Positions 26,890-39,046 are shown, counted from the whole stretch's first letter. The stretch is 61,090 nt of DNA, filler included, from Dugesia japonica (GCA_001938525.1; 5 parts of 5 records of this genome joined end to end with filler, not necessarily neighbours in it); one strand, 5' to 3'. The notes: generated by a model from the sequence alone, not told the origin. Program-made: numbers and translations.

Positions 26890-27790
26890 AAAAACTTAAC
26901 AACATTAATCCCTTCCACGAAAAGCATTGATTAATCATGGTGATTCAAATATTAAAGGCCATAAAATTCAGAAAGAAAGAGTAACAATAATAGATTGTAC
27001 AACTAGTTCAGGAAGCCATTAACTAAAATCAGAAGTAATTGGAAAATCGGCCAGACCTCGATTATTAAAAGAGTAGAATACAGATCACAGAAAAATTCAT
27101 GGATGGACACAAAAAAAAGGTTTTTAGAATGGCATTATAGAATATTTATCCCAAAGGTTAAAAATTTCATAATAAATACTTATTTTCGATAACGCACAGG
27201 TGCACTCTAAGTTCAAATATATTAGCGAGGATCTGGAAATTTTCAAACGCCACATCTATATTACAACCTATGGATCAAGGTGTAATCGCATCTTTGAAGA
27301 AAATATATGAGAAGCAACTATTGGAAAAATTATTATTAATTGATAAAGAAAAGGATGTTGATGTTGTAGATTTTATAAAGTCTTGATGCATGCTCTTCTT
27401 ATCAATATTACTGATAATAATAGTAAAATTCTTACACAACAAGAGGAGAACGATAATACTGCAAAAATAAAGGAAGTTTTTGATTCTTATAGAAAAAGAT
27501 TCGATGATAATATTTACGAAAATCATCTTAAAGAATAGATTTTAAGTGATTTACAAGATTCTGATTGTCATTTTAAATAACGATGAAATTTTTGCTTTAG
27601 AATTAAATGCTCAAGAATGCAATGAATATGATTCAAGTTTGTCAGAGGAGATTGATAATGTTAAAATAACTAATTCGGAGACAATAAAGGCTTTAGAAAT
27701 ATATCTATTAACTGGTTATTAGACCAAGAAAAATATGACTTCCGATTATTATTGCTTTAAAAACTAAACTATTGGAAGAGGCTTGCGACA
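26890..27790 (+). mobile_element. pogo/Tigger (DDE_1, CENP-B-like) transposase pseudogene
   Basis: GHKIQKERVTI, VIGKSARPR, FDNAQVH and QPMDQGVIASLKKIY motifs with stops and frameshifts. Confidence 0.85.
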
Positions 27791-28014
27791 AGAGCAAAAT
27801 GATTTTAAGTACACATCAAAATTTTTTATTATTAATTTGATATCATATGAATTATAAAATAAAAAAATATTTAGCATTCAATAATGTTAACAAAATCAAA
27901 AATAAAAAATGATGTAATTTATAATGGTGTACTTTATAATATATTTATAATAATTATAATATAATATATATAATTTAGATTTTCGATAAGAATTACTTTA
28001 TTCATTGTTTTTAG

Positions 28015-28273
28015 TGCTTATGACTGGGCATATATGATTAAAATTTGCACTAATTTACCGGATATGCCTGAATCGCATGAAGAATTTAGTACATTGCTCT
28101 TGTTGTATTTTCCTAAAACCATTGACATAAAAACTATAATGACTGATAAAAATCTACCTAAAAGTGGTCTACAGGATCTAGCTCGTAGTCTCAATGTCGA
28201 GAGAATCGGTGTGCAACATCAAGCTGGCAGTGATGCAAAATTAACTGGTGATACGTTTTTTAATTTTTTTAAA
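28015..28273 (+). CDS. CAF1: CAF1/CNOT7-8 deadenylase, coding exon 2
   Basis: Acceptor ttgtttttag at 28014 restores GFHCAYDWAYMIK; contains IDIK and GLQDLA..ERIGVQHQAGSDA (remaining DEDDh residues); donor aaa|gtaagt at 28274 (phase 0). Confidence 0.95.
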
Positions 28274-28619
28274 GTAAGTTATGCAAACAATCAGGTTAAT
28301 ATTTTTAAAAATTATTCGTTAACATTTTTAATGTTGGAAAATTCTGTTTTTATGCGAATTGAAAAAAATTATAACGTTGAATCATATAAGCGTTAAATTA
28401 CATCAAATTGCGTAAAAAAGAACGTAATGATTTTTTTGAGTTACGTTAAATCCAATTCGCATAAAATAAACTCGCGTAAAAATAGAAATAAGTGGTATAT
28501 ATATGTTGTATATATAATAGAAATATAACTGTTATTGCTTATTTACTGTAAAATAACAAATCCACTTTTTTATGGTTTGGAGGTAGTATATATTTGTTTA
28601 ATTCTTTTAAATTTGAACT

Positions 28620-30428
28620 TCTATTTTGATTACCACTCTTTGTTAATTTTCAAATTTGAAGTTATAAAATCACGTTGCGTCACTTAAATGTTGCAGCTAA
28701 TCCATGATTTTCGGTGTTTCGCGTCAACATAGAGAAACTATTTTTCGTCGCCGGTGACAATGTGACAAGGGTTTCTTCCCGGGATTTCCGTTCTCGATTT
28801 CCCGGGAAATTCACCAAAAATTTCATTCTCGATTTCCCGGGAAACGCAAGTTCATTCCCGGGAAATTTAATTTAGACTTAATCATAAAGATAAATAAGAA
28901 AAATATAAAAAAAATGTGTTAAAAACAATTTAATGTCTTAGATTAACATTTTTATAAACGTAATAACTCATCTATGAATATTGGCAATCAAAAATATATA
29001 TTTTTTGATATAAAGTGGTTTAAAAGTAAAAAAATCTCACAGAAGTATAGTTCATTTAATTTGAATTGCGGATCTAATTTAACTATTAAATTTTAATTTT
29101 TCTTGCAAGTTTACTTTTATCACACCTAATAAAAATATTATTAAACGTAATATGATATAATAAACGTTATGTTTAATATAATATTTGAATAATTTAAATT
29201 AAAATAAATTCTAAATAAAACTTTTTAATGTTATGGAAATAAAAAATGTCAACAGAAAAAAGTTGGAGATCATACTTTTCAAACTCATTAAATGTAATCA
29301 GATAATTGTGTGAAAGGGTGGTTCAACAAGTGATATGAATTGTAATATACAAATACAGCATAGAATATATTCAATATATAACTTTGAATAATAAAAGCGA
29401 TGTGCTAGCTACACCTTCCCCAGAAACACTTGATAAATTTTGTGTAGGCAATAAAAATTCAATTGTAAACTTTATAAAAATGCAATCTTTGGAAGAAATA
29501 AGTGCAAGACTTGCAGCTGTAGATGCTATTTTGAAAATTACTTTTATTCGTGAATCTTTATCTGCTAAAGGATATTATCTTCCATAAAATCTTCACAAAT
29601 AATTAACATTAATGAATAATGAATAACTTCTATGCAAAAATGAAATTATAATTTAAAGTTAAATTTTCAAATCTATTAAAATTAAATCAGAAATTTTGCT
29701 TGCCTTTAGATAAATGGGCTAGTAACCGTAATCGTAGATATATGAATATAAACATTTTGTTCAATGATTAAAATTGTTCAATGATGAAAATTTAGGATTA
29801 GTGAGAATTTAGAGAAAATGTGGAGCAGAAAAAACTTTAGAAATAGTTAATAATCAATTACGTAATTTTCCCGGGAATAGCATTTTAGTATTCTTTTTTG
29901 TTGATCAAGGAGCAAGTAAACCGGTCACAAACGTGGACCTCAGATTTGTTTTTCTCCATCAAATCACATGGAATCCAAATCCCAGTTTTTGAACTTTTTT
30001 CATCCGATAAAGATGGCTAAGTAATGCTTTTGGTTGCAATGCATTTGTTGAACCAATTGCATTGTTAATTGACGGGAATTTTCACCAAGTTTATTCATGT
30101 GCTCCTCATTGAAATCAACGATTCATTTCTGGAAGGTCAAAATTACCGTTTCTTTTATTGCATTCGCACCGTAAACAGTGAAAATTTCGCATGTCGCTTA
30201 AGATGCATTGAGCCACTATTAAATCTAATTAGCAGGAAGTGCAGTAAATGCTTGTTTTGGTTTACTTGACTGACAATTTAAAATATCCAAAATTTATCAA
30301 AATTATATTGAATAATTAAAACAAATTTGACCTTGTAGAGCGAAAATTTCTCTTTCAAATAACATATAATACATATAAACTATTTTTAAATAAAACTAAA
30401 ACGGACATTATTTATTCCCCACCTGATA
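28620..30428 (-). mobile_element. Degenerate mariner element interrupted by a hAT fragment
   Basis: Terminus ta-tcaggtggggaataaataatgtccgtttt at ~30400-30428; N-terminal HTH-like peptide (CEIFTVYGANAI), a WIPxxL-like region ~29930-29990, and IVTGDEK at 28742-28762. Confidence 0.8.
28767..29885 (+). mobile_element. hAT transposon fragment nested in mariner
   Basis: agggtttc terminus with repeated ttcccgggaa subterminal motifs at both ends; remnants KGGSTS, SLEEISARLAAVD and LDKWASNRNRRYMNINI (hAT D-x-W-T/S motif). Confidence 0.8.
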
Positions 30429-30983
30429 CTAAGGTGTTAAAAAGTAATTTAAAGTTTGTTATCTCAATGCGTTAAGATAAATTCAATATAAAGTTGTGTT
30501 CTTAATTGAGAATCAAATCCATTAACTTTTTATGGAAATTACAATACAAATTTCATTATCTGTTTAAAGATTGAAAACTAAGTTAGCTTGTATTTAATCT
30601 GTATGTGCAATGAAAACTCAATCGTTTTATCAATATTGTGTGTGTAATTTTATCGTAGTCAGTAATGACTTAATATTAATATTTTTTTCTCATTTTTCAT
30701 GTTAAAAAAATATTTTTTTACGTTTGAATTTTTAAAATTTTTGATAATTGGATTTTATCCATTTTCTTGTAAATGTGATAAGATTTTTCAAACAATTTTT
30801 ACTTGCGAATTTATGCTAATTTGGAAATTAAAATCTTTTGGTCCATTGCAAAATATATTCTCGTTTATTTTATTCTTATTTCCTCCATCGAATGTAATTC
30901 GTTGATTCTTACTTTTCACATCTTAACGTCATGCAACTTTACTTATCTTACGAAATGCTAAATAGAGATCAATTAGTTACATG

Positions 30984-31158
30984 TAGGGTTTTCAAAACCA
31001 GTATTTTGGAATTAAACATACCGAAACCGAAAATACCGGTATTTTGGTATTAATAATTTTTATAAATTTTAAATAATTTTAAACATGTATTTTTAATCAA
31101 AATTTTTAATACCGAAAAACTGGTATTGCTCGTTAGAAACACAGGTATTTTCGGTATC
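30984..31158. mobile_element. hAT-type MITE/terminal fragment
   Basis: tagggttttcaa terminus followed by multiple aataccg/cggtatt subterminal repeats. Confidence 0.55.
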
Positions 31159-31304
31159 AATTTTTACCTTATACTTTTTAAAAAACAAATATCTAATTTT
31201 CTAAGTGTACAGCTTTTTATTATAGGATCCCTTATATATTTATTAATTTATGCTAATATTTAATAGTAACAATCTACATATATAAAATTCAACTTAATTT
31301 TTAG

Positions 31305-31655
31305 ATTTACTGCAATAGCATCATAGACGAGAAGTATATTAATCTTATTTATGGTCTGAATTATTGTCCAACAAGTGGTGCAAATATGCTATGGTTACCA
31401 AATCAGTCTCCAACTCCAGAAGACCTAGAAAATCAGTGTCATAATGCCAAACATTGTCATAATATTGTTAATTCTATGAGAGATCCTGATCTGACTGATG
31501 ATATATTTTGTTATTGTCATCATTCAGAGTTTAACATTAATGAGTCAGTCAATCGTGTTCCTTCATCTTGTAACAGTTCTTGTGCAGAGAGTATCGGTCG
31601 CTCATCTAGAGAATCATGTGTTCAATCACAAAATGATAGTTTAGACGAAACCTAG
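31305..31655 (+). CDS. CAF1: CAF1/CNOT7-8 deadenylase, coding exon 3 (terminal)
   Basis: Acceptor aatttttag at 31304; reads IYCNSIIDEKYINLIYGL (CAF1 C-terminal IDxxKYxxxLYGL motif), in frame with ORF 31386..31655. Confidence 0.9.
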   Translation: MYCNSIIDEKYINLIYGLNYCPTSGANMLWLPNQSPTPEDLENQCHNAKHCHNIVNSMRDPDLTDDIFCYCHHSEFNINESVNRVPSSCNSSCAESIGRSSRESCVQSQNDSLDET

Positions 31656-31721
31656 TTTTTGCATTTACATTTCTCTATTCCACTTCTCTTTCATTGATTT
31701 TTGTTTTATTTCTTTCAGTTT

Positions 31722-31727
31722 AATAAA
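31722..31727 (+). promoter_or_regulatory. Candidate polyadenylation signal of the CAF1 gene
   Basis: AATAAA ~66 nt after the stop codon; weak evidence in AT-rich DNA. Confidence 0.4.
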
Positions 31728-33914
31728 TCACCGTGTACAATATATAATACTTGAAAACTTTCAGATTACATTTTTCGATATTATGATGCATATATATCTT
31801 GTCAAATATTTGAGGTTACTTACTATCATCATTTATAGGATTTGTTCATTTTGATGAGTCGACGGAGGTGCTCTTTAATTTTTTAATTAATTAAATTTTT
31901 TGTTAATTTTCAAATTTTTAGAGATGTTTTACTTTTAAAATTAAAAATGATTTACAAGTATAAATTCTTAATGTTCGTAAAAAGATTATCATGATTTATG
32001 GAAGTTTATTTTTATTTGATTAAATATTAATTTTTAATGTACAGGTAAAACATTTCTTATGATGTTGAGCTTTGCTCAACTTTTCGTATTATGTTATTCG
32101 GATAAATAATTTCAGTGCCTTTCGATCTTCGTGTGAAAACTGTTTTTGGTGCAATGTAAATGTGTGTAGAGTTTTGCTTTGTCGTATTAATTAATAAGAA
32201 TATATCTATTTAATAGTGTTACTATATCTTTGATATTTGTATGGATTTAAATTAAAATTTATTCGAATCTATTTTTAGGATGAAACTAAAATACGTGCGA
32301 AAAATTTTCGCTTTAAATTCAATTTTAAAAATTTATGTGTATAGAATAATTATTAACAAAGTCTACAGGAAATGTTAGGATTTTAATATATCTTAATTCT
32401 ACTTTGGTGAGGGGTTTTATATGTTTATTTTGTTAAGTGTGTTTTACAAGATTCATTTACTTGATTTATGAGGGTAGAATTAATCTCATAAATTTTAGGA
32501 GATGGGTTGTGACTAAGAAGTAAATTATATTAAGATATTAATTTCTAATTTTTCGAATATTATATCAGCCCGTACTTATCTCATCAAACTTATTTGACAT
32601 TTGCAATTAATCAGTAATTGTAATTAGTAGGTAGATAGTGGCGCACTGGATCAATGTCGAATTTTTCAAGGTTTCTAATACTGTATTCTAATTGATCGAA
32701 GTTAAATGAATGTAGGTTCAGGTAATGTCCATGACAACCATTAATAGGTTAATGTAATTGGTTTTGACGACCAATTTTCGAAAGTAATCTAGTATCCGCC
32801 ACTCAGAATGCAGTAACTCAGACAATTTAAAGAATAATTATTCATACTTTAGAAAAAAATGATAAAATCTTTAAAATTTTAACTTTCAGTCAGCCTTAAC
32901 ATTAATATTCCCCGGGGAGACTTATTAATAATCTCTAGACAAACTAAATATCAATATTTTAATTATTTATTTTTGTGTAATGTATGTATTATTTGATCGT
33001 AATTTGTGAACTTTGTAAATGTAAAATATTTTATTAATATTATCGTAATTTGCCTTGCATATGTATTGTATTTTCTTTGTTTAAAATTGGTCTGCATTGC
33101 ANNNNNNNNNNNNNNNNNNNNNNNNNNNNNNNNNNNNNNNNNNNNTTAATTAATTAANNNNNNNNNNNNNNNNNNNNNNNNNNNNNNNNNNNNNNNNNNN
33201 NATTTATTTGATAATTCCTTTATTTAATTTGACTTTTTAATCATAATTGTTTTCTTGATTTTTATTTATTGGCGCATAAAAGGATTCTTGGATTGGTTTG
33301 AGTCCTAACAAACACACACATATATTTATTTATTTAAGAAATTTATGCAATTTATACTATTTATAACTACTATTCGAGGTTTTCTTTCACTGAAATATAG
33401 CTATCCAGTTTCAAGTTTATATTAATATTTTTTAGATCCAAAATTCACAATTGGATTCATTTTACTTGTTCATTTCTTTAACATATTTTTTATTCACATT
33501 ATTAAATTTTGTTAAATAATTTTATAATTCAATATTACATCAAATCTATATTTGTAATAAAACCCAATTAAAATTGTTTACATATGTGAAATACTCTTGG
33601 ATCAAGTACATATAATGATATACATGATATATATATATTCCGAATTTACGAAAAACCTTTCTGAAAATCTTTTAAAGTATTAATTGAAATAAAAATAAAA
33701 TTTATTAAAACAGAGAANNNNNNNNNNNNNNNNNNNNNNNNNNNNNNNNNNNNNNNNNNNNNNNNAAAATGTAATTATATATTACATATTTCAACTGTGC
33801 TTCGATATTTGTTTTATTAATTTCTATTTGAAGATACTTTTAAGATTTATGAATATATGGCTAACATTGAATTTTTTATAATAATATTTAATAGTATTTA
33901 CTTTTATTTTAGAC

Positions 33915-35231
33915 ATGCCTGAATTATATTCTACTACAAATCTAATTATTAATAACATTCCTTCTGCAATCTCAGACGAACAATTAAATAAGCTGTTTAG
34001 TACGTTTGGTCCAATTAAGTCATGTAAAATAATCAGAAGCAATGAAAAAGATAGTAAAGCTTTCGGTTTTTGTGAATATAATGATGCGCGCTCAGCTAAA
34101 CAAGCTTTATCACAATTAGATAATTATAGATTAAATGATCGTATTCTAAAAGTTTCATATGCAAAATTATTTCCAAAACCTAAAGGTAAGTGTATCGAAG
34201 TAGTTAATCTGCCTAAAACAACTCAAGAGGAAATGGTGCGCAAATATTTCGGTCAATTTGGACGAATAGCTCGATTAAGATTATTGTTTAATAATATTAA
34301 TGGAAACCAAACGAAGACTGCCGAAATAGTATATGAAAATAAGGCAGATGCAGACAAAGCAGTAATTAAAAACATGGTTAAATGGAACTATGATAATAGT
34401 AAACATGTGATAGTTATGGTGAGTCTTACGTCGTCAGAAAAGTCAAAATCCGAAAGAGAAATAAACGATAGTAAAGTTGTGAATAATAATCTTTTGTATA
34501 TTAATTCCAGTAAACAGCTCGGTGATAACCATTTTTATCTTCAACAATCAAACTTAAACAATGCTTCTCACATTGAACAAAGCTACAATGCTAATGCATT
34601 TGATTTATCGAATTTAAATAATATTGTTAATTGCGCGTCTTTTACACCAATTTTTCAAAATCCTTTTCAATTTTCAAATGGATTTTATTCAACCCAACAT
34701 TTTAATAATGTTGCTATTCAAATTCCTCAGTACAATTCGTACGAGATCAATGATAAAACAATTCAATCTTTCAGTGCAATCAATAACGCATTTCCAATAC
34801 AATATCCATTCGGTTACCCGAATTATAATTACGTTAACACTTCTAATCAACTGCCATTGGGTATTCCTTTAATGTACACACAGTTACCCAATAGTTATCC
34901 AATTAAAACTGCATATGAAAAATCAATGAATCCAATCAAACCAGATTATATTTATAGTAACAGTAGTAAATCGATTTCCAGAAACTCCTATGTTGTTTAT
35001 GTTTACAATATCGGTAATTCAACCACAAAAGAACAGTTGAAGGAGTTATTTGCACCGAAATTCGGAAAAGAAATAATCAAAGTCGACGTTCCTAAAGACT
35101 CTCAAAACGGTTCCAATAAGAATTTCGGATTCGTTACGTTTGGTAATTATCAGAAAGCTCAATTGGCCATTCAAGAAATGAATGGTAAAGAATTTCAAGG
35201 CAAACCGTTGCAAGTTTCTTTCAAGAAATAG
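33915..35231 (+). CDS. elav: ELAV/Hu-like RNA-binding protein (RRM1-RRM2-hinge-RRM3), intronless CDS
   Basis: 438-aa ORF; TNLIINNIP..FGPIKSCKIIR..AFGFCEY..ILKVSYA (ELAV RRM1) and VYVYNIG..KNFGFVTF.NY..A..AI..MNG..LQVSFK (ELAV RRM3). Confidence 0.88.
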   Translation: MPELYSTTNLIINNIPSAISDEQLNKLFSTFGPIKSCKIIRSNEKDSKAFGFCEYNDARSAKQALSQLDNYRLNDRILKVSYAKLFPKPKGKCIEVVNLPKTTQEEMVRKYFGQFGRIARLRLLFNNINGNQTKTAEIVYENKADADKAVIKNMVKWNYDNSKHVIVMVSLTSSEKSKSEREINDSKVVNNNLLYINSSKQLGDNHFYLQQSNLNNASHIEQSYNANAFDLSNLNNIVNCASFTPIFQNPFQFSNGFYSTQHFNNVAIQIPQYNSYEINDKTIQSFSAINNAFPIQYPFGYPNYNYVNTSNQLPLGIPLMYTQLPNSYPIKTAYEKSMNPIKPDYIYSNSSKSISRNSYVVYVYNIGNSTTKEQLKELFAPKFGKEIIKVDVPKDSQNGSNKNFGFVTFGNYQKAQLAIQEMNGKEFQGKPLQVSFKK

Positions 35232-35814
35232 ATTTATCAAGCTAATAANNNNNNNNNNNNNNNNNNNNNTAATAATAATAATAAAATGAACACGACTGGT
35301 TAAATATATATATAAATAGAACAAATAAATCTACTCTCTTGCCGAAACAGTGCTCTATTGGTTTTGCAGTTTTGTTACAAATATTTTTTATCTCGAGAAC
35401 TTTACACAGGTGCTTTTTTCAAAGATTAAGAGAGTGAGAATGTACTTTCATTTTCATCTACTTTACATGAATTTTATTGTAAATTATATATTGTGTGGGT
35501 ATTTGGAAATAATATTTTGTGCCAGTCATGGTTTTTTTTGGGTTTTTATATGTTAACTGCTGTAATACGTGTGTAATCAGGTATTGATCCCTCCCTCTCT
35601 CTACCCTCTCGCACTTATTTTTTTGTCAAGTTNNNNNNNNNNNNNNNNNNNNNNNNNNNNNNNNNNNNNNNNNNNNNNNNNNNNNNNNNNNNNNNNNNNN
35701 NNNNNNNNNNNNNNNNNNNNNNNNNNNNNNNNNNNNNNNNNNNNNNNNNNNNNNNNNNNNNNNNNNNATATAAGCATTAAATGTTTTGTAGTCGACTTCG
35801 GATTATGGTTTTTA

Positions 35815-36795
35815 AGGGTCGTTCCTACCCCCATGTTCCCCATTTTTTTTAATTAATAAAGTATCCCGCTTAACGCGAGGTAGGCGTTTCTAATTTTCAT
35901 AATAAATCATTTGCAACTGGTAAGAACGATTTGTGCTTTTAAAAAAATCACGCTAAAATGGGTAACGTTAAATAAAGTGGAAAACGGAATTTTTAAATTT
36001 TAGATAATATCATCATGTGAACCCTTTTTTGTCATTTAATTATATTTAAATGTTTCCCTTCATACTCACTAATATGTTGAATTAAGTTTCCGGGGGTTCC
36101 ACCTACGTTCCCAAATTTTGTAAATTATAACCCCGCTTAATTTGAAGTATGTGTTCTAAAGTCTCGTTACGTTAAAGGGGGTTCAATTTGCTTGGATAAG
36201 TACATAATAAGCGAAATTTTTAAAAAATCGCACTAAAAGGGCTAACATTTATGAATTTCAGTATCGTAAATTTTAACTGAAAACATTAGAATTTCTTAAA
36301 TTTTAGATAATATTATATAATGCGAAGCTTTTTATATATCAGAAATACGATGTGAGGCAAAAGTGACGCTCTTTTTTATTTTGTCATTTTATTGAATAAA
36401 AATTTATTGTATGTCCTCTTCTCTACCCGTTTCCAATTTAAAATCAATACAGTTATACCGCATTTAATGTGAAGTATGCGTATAAATAAATCATTTGAAT
36501 CTTAAAAAAGTACATAGATACATATATTATACCTTTAAGCACAATTAGTACATTAAATAATTAAAAAAAAATCACACAAAAAGTAATAATGTTAAATGAG
36601 ATATTACTGTATATGAATTTCAGTTATGTAGTCCGTGCCGGTAGTCACGTAAAGTAAATTTCAACCGAAAACATTTCTTAAATTTTAGATAATGCTATAA
36701 TATAATGTGAAACTTTTTATTAATTAAAAATTCAGAGTGAGGCAAAATTAACGCTCTTGGTTATTTTTGTCATTTCATTGAATAAAACTTTATTT
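35815..36795. repeat. Three degenerate ~280-370 bp tandem units
   Basis: Recurring blocks ccgcttaa..gaagtatg, aaaaaatcac.ctaaaa, ttaaattttagata, tttgtcattt at ~35820, ~36090 and ~36415 onward. Confidence 0.7.
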
Positions 36796-38562
36796 CAGTT
36801 GTTAAGGAAACCATGAAAATGTTTCTCTTCATCTTCATTCTAATTCTAAACCCTACTGGTAGAAGTTCTACAAACTTTTTGATAAGGTTTTGCAGTAATT
36901 ATATAAAACTTATAAAAAATTGCTTGTTTTGGTTTGAGTCTACAGACTCAAACCAATGAGATCAACCAGATCTTAGAAAATCACTTACAAATTTTTGTTT
37001 CAAATTTTCTTAATGTTTTGTAATGTTTTGGCTATGCACCTGCCGAATATTGAATTCCATATATAACAAAGGAGTGGCTTCAACACCATTGCTATTATTG
37101 CCAAAATAAAGTTGTACCCTCGTTTATTATATAGTCATATTTATCTAAAATTCTTGAAATAAAAAGAAGAAATACTACTTTATAAAAATATTTACAAAAA
37201 TGATATCATATATCTTTACTATATATAAATTAGTAAAGTAGAAATTCTATCCGTACAAATAAAAATGGGCGTTAATTTTACTTTATCCTGTACATAAAAA
37301 ATTTTATGTTTTATGGATTAATACTATTTCAGCTGTAACTTAACTGATTTGATAATAATATTCTATAAATAAAAAACTGGTATCACGGGCAAATCAAACT
37401 TTTCTTTCTATATATTTGAGTTACTTGATTTTCTAAACAGTATTTTGCGCCCCGGTTGCAGCCTAGGTTCTATCCATATAATATCTACGCACATATTTAG
37501 ATGGTACGGTTGGAATCATGCGATTTGAGTGGGGTAGTGGTTTCAAATGGTTGCGTACATATGTATAAATTTATATGTAGCCTTCGTAAAAATATAATTA
37601 TTAAGTAGGGCCCGTAAAACATCAGGATTTTAAATAATGAAATTCAAAAATCGACTAAAATGTAAGGCAAATAACATTCGAGAATGATGTTCAATAATTG
37701 ATTTTACGTTTAAACAAAATGAATTCTGAATGTTTAATTAATTGGAAGTATTAGATTCAGACCAAACGTTTTTTATTATATTGTTAAAAAATCAGTATTT
37801 AAATATGAATATTCATGTCGGATTGATTAAATTCCAATTTTTTGAAATAAGTCTTTCTTTCGCTTAAGTGTTCTAATTTATCAATTACTTTGATGCAGTG
37901 TTAAAAACAATAAACTTTGTATTTTTTTTATTAAATTTTAAAATTAGGAAACTGAAAATAGTAAAACAAATGCGGTGTGACGTTGATTAATAATTAATTT
38001 CTCAAACATTGTTGGAGTAGAAAATCTAATTGGTACGCACATATTGGGGATTCAAGAAATGTACGGGATGCAAGAAGTGGTATGAAAATGACTTTTTGTG
38101 CATGTGATATATGGATGCCTTTTTTCTTTTTAATATTTAGCATTATGTACTGAAATACATATATTTTGATGTTGATAATACATTCAATTGAAATAGTCAA
38201 TTTTATTGAAGACTTAGGTTTTTCTTTGTCTTTATTTATCTAATAATATGTATTGCCATATATTCTTATTTAAAATTGAGACGATTTTTCAAAAATCAAA
38301 CTGGTTTAGAATATTGAAAATGTAACTCAATATTTATTGTATTTATAAAAGTTTTGAAGCAACGAGTTCTGTTAATGTCCAATGTAGTATTAAAATGACA
38401 TTCAGATGTAATACAGTTGTCTTTATCCTTTTATATTTAAAACTGTTTTTGTGCAAGTTTTTTACGTAACGCAAAAAATTCATTGCGTTCATTTTTACAT
38501 GATTTTATGTGCATATTTTGAATCACATTCAATCGAATTCATGTAAAAAAGAATTACGTGTA

Positions 38563-38670
38563 TGGGGTCATCAATAAAGTATGTCACTATTTTTTAAAGT
38601 TTTGACCCTCTTCCGACCTCTGTCACAATCTTTCACAAATCTTGAACCCCCTTTGAAAGTACGTCACACT
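38563..38670 (+). mobile_element. DNA transposon terminal sequence (GGGGtcatc.ataaagta.gtcac type)
   Basis: Resembles a common invertebrate TIR with internal gtcaca repeats; the partner TIR was not found. Confidence 0.4.
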
Positions 38671-38711
38671 CTGAAACTAAAAAATTATTTTAAAAATAAA
38701 CTAAGATAGTT

Positions 38712-39046
38712 ACGGGTAGACTGGAACAAAAGATGCCACCATACAGTAGTCGTGAAATTTCACACTTTAATGTATACTGGACACCCGTTGCGGTAGACTT
38801 GAACAAAGAATGCTGCTACATAGTAGCTGTAAAATTTCACACGGTAGCTGTGTGACGGCTAAAATTTTACACTTAATCTTAAATTTCTTAATCTTAAATT
38901 AAATTTTAAATTTGTGAAATCTTAAATTTCCCACTTTAATGTAAACTGTGACACCTTACGTGTTAATTTTTTCACCTTAATATAAACAGTAAACAATGAT
39001 ATATGCAATGTAAAATTTGCACCCGTGTTGTCAATTTTCACACATT
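38712..39046. repeat. Short tandem array of aaatttcacac-like units
   Basis: ggtagact.gaacaaa..atgc..c.a..tagt..gt.aaatttcacac duplicated (~38715, ~38792) plus about 5 further aaattt(c/t)acac units. Confidence 0.7.

Noticed and set aside
28274-28396. C-terminal part of ORF 28034..28396
   Set aside because: Read-through into intron 2; CAF1 homology stops at the gtaagt donor and resumes at 31305
18072-35231. CAF1 deadenylase and ELAV-like gene in tandem as an mRNA-turnover operon or cluster
   Set aside because: An artificial spacer at 33102-33201 separates them, so linkage and distance are unverified; adjacency of two genes is also weak evidence alone
33824-35324. Antisense and alternate-frame ORFs overlapping the ELAV gene (also 18256..18504 in CAF1)
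   Set aside because: Short shadow ORFs with no recognisable motifs
38712-39046. Repeat-spacer-like pattern suggestive of CRISPR
   Set aside because: Eukaryotic context, units degenerate with irregular spacing, and no cas genes
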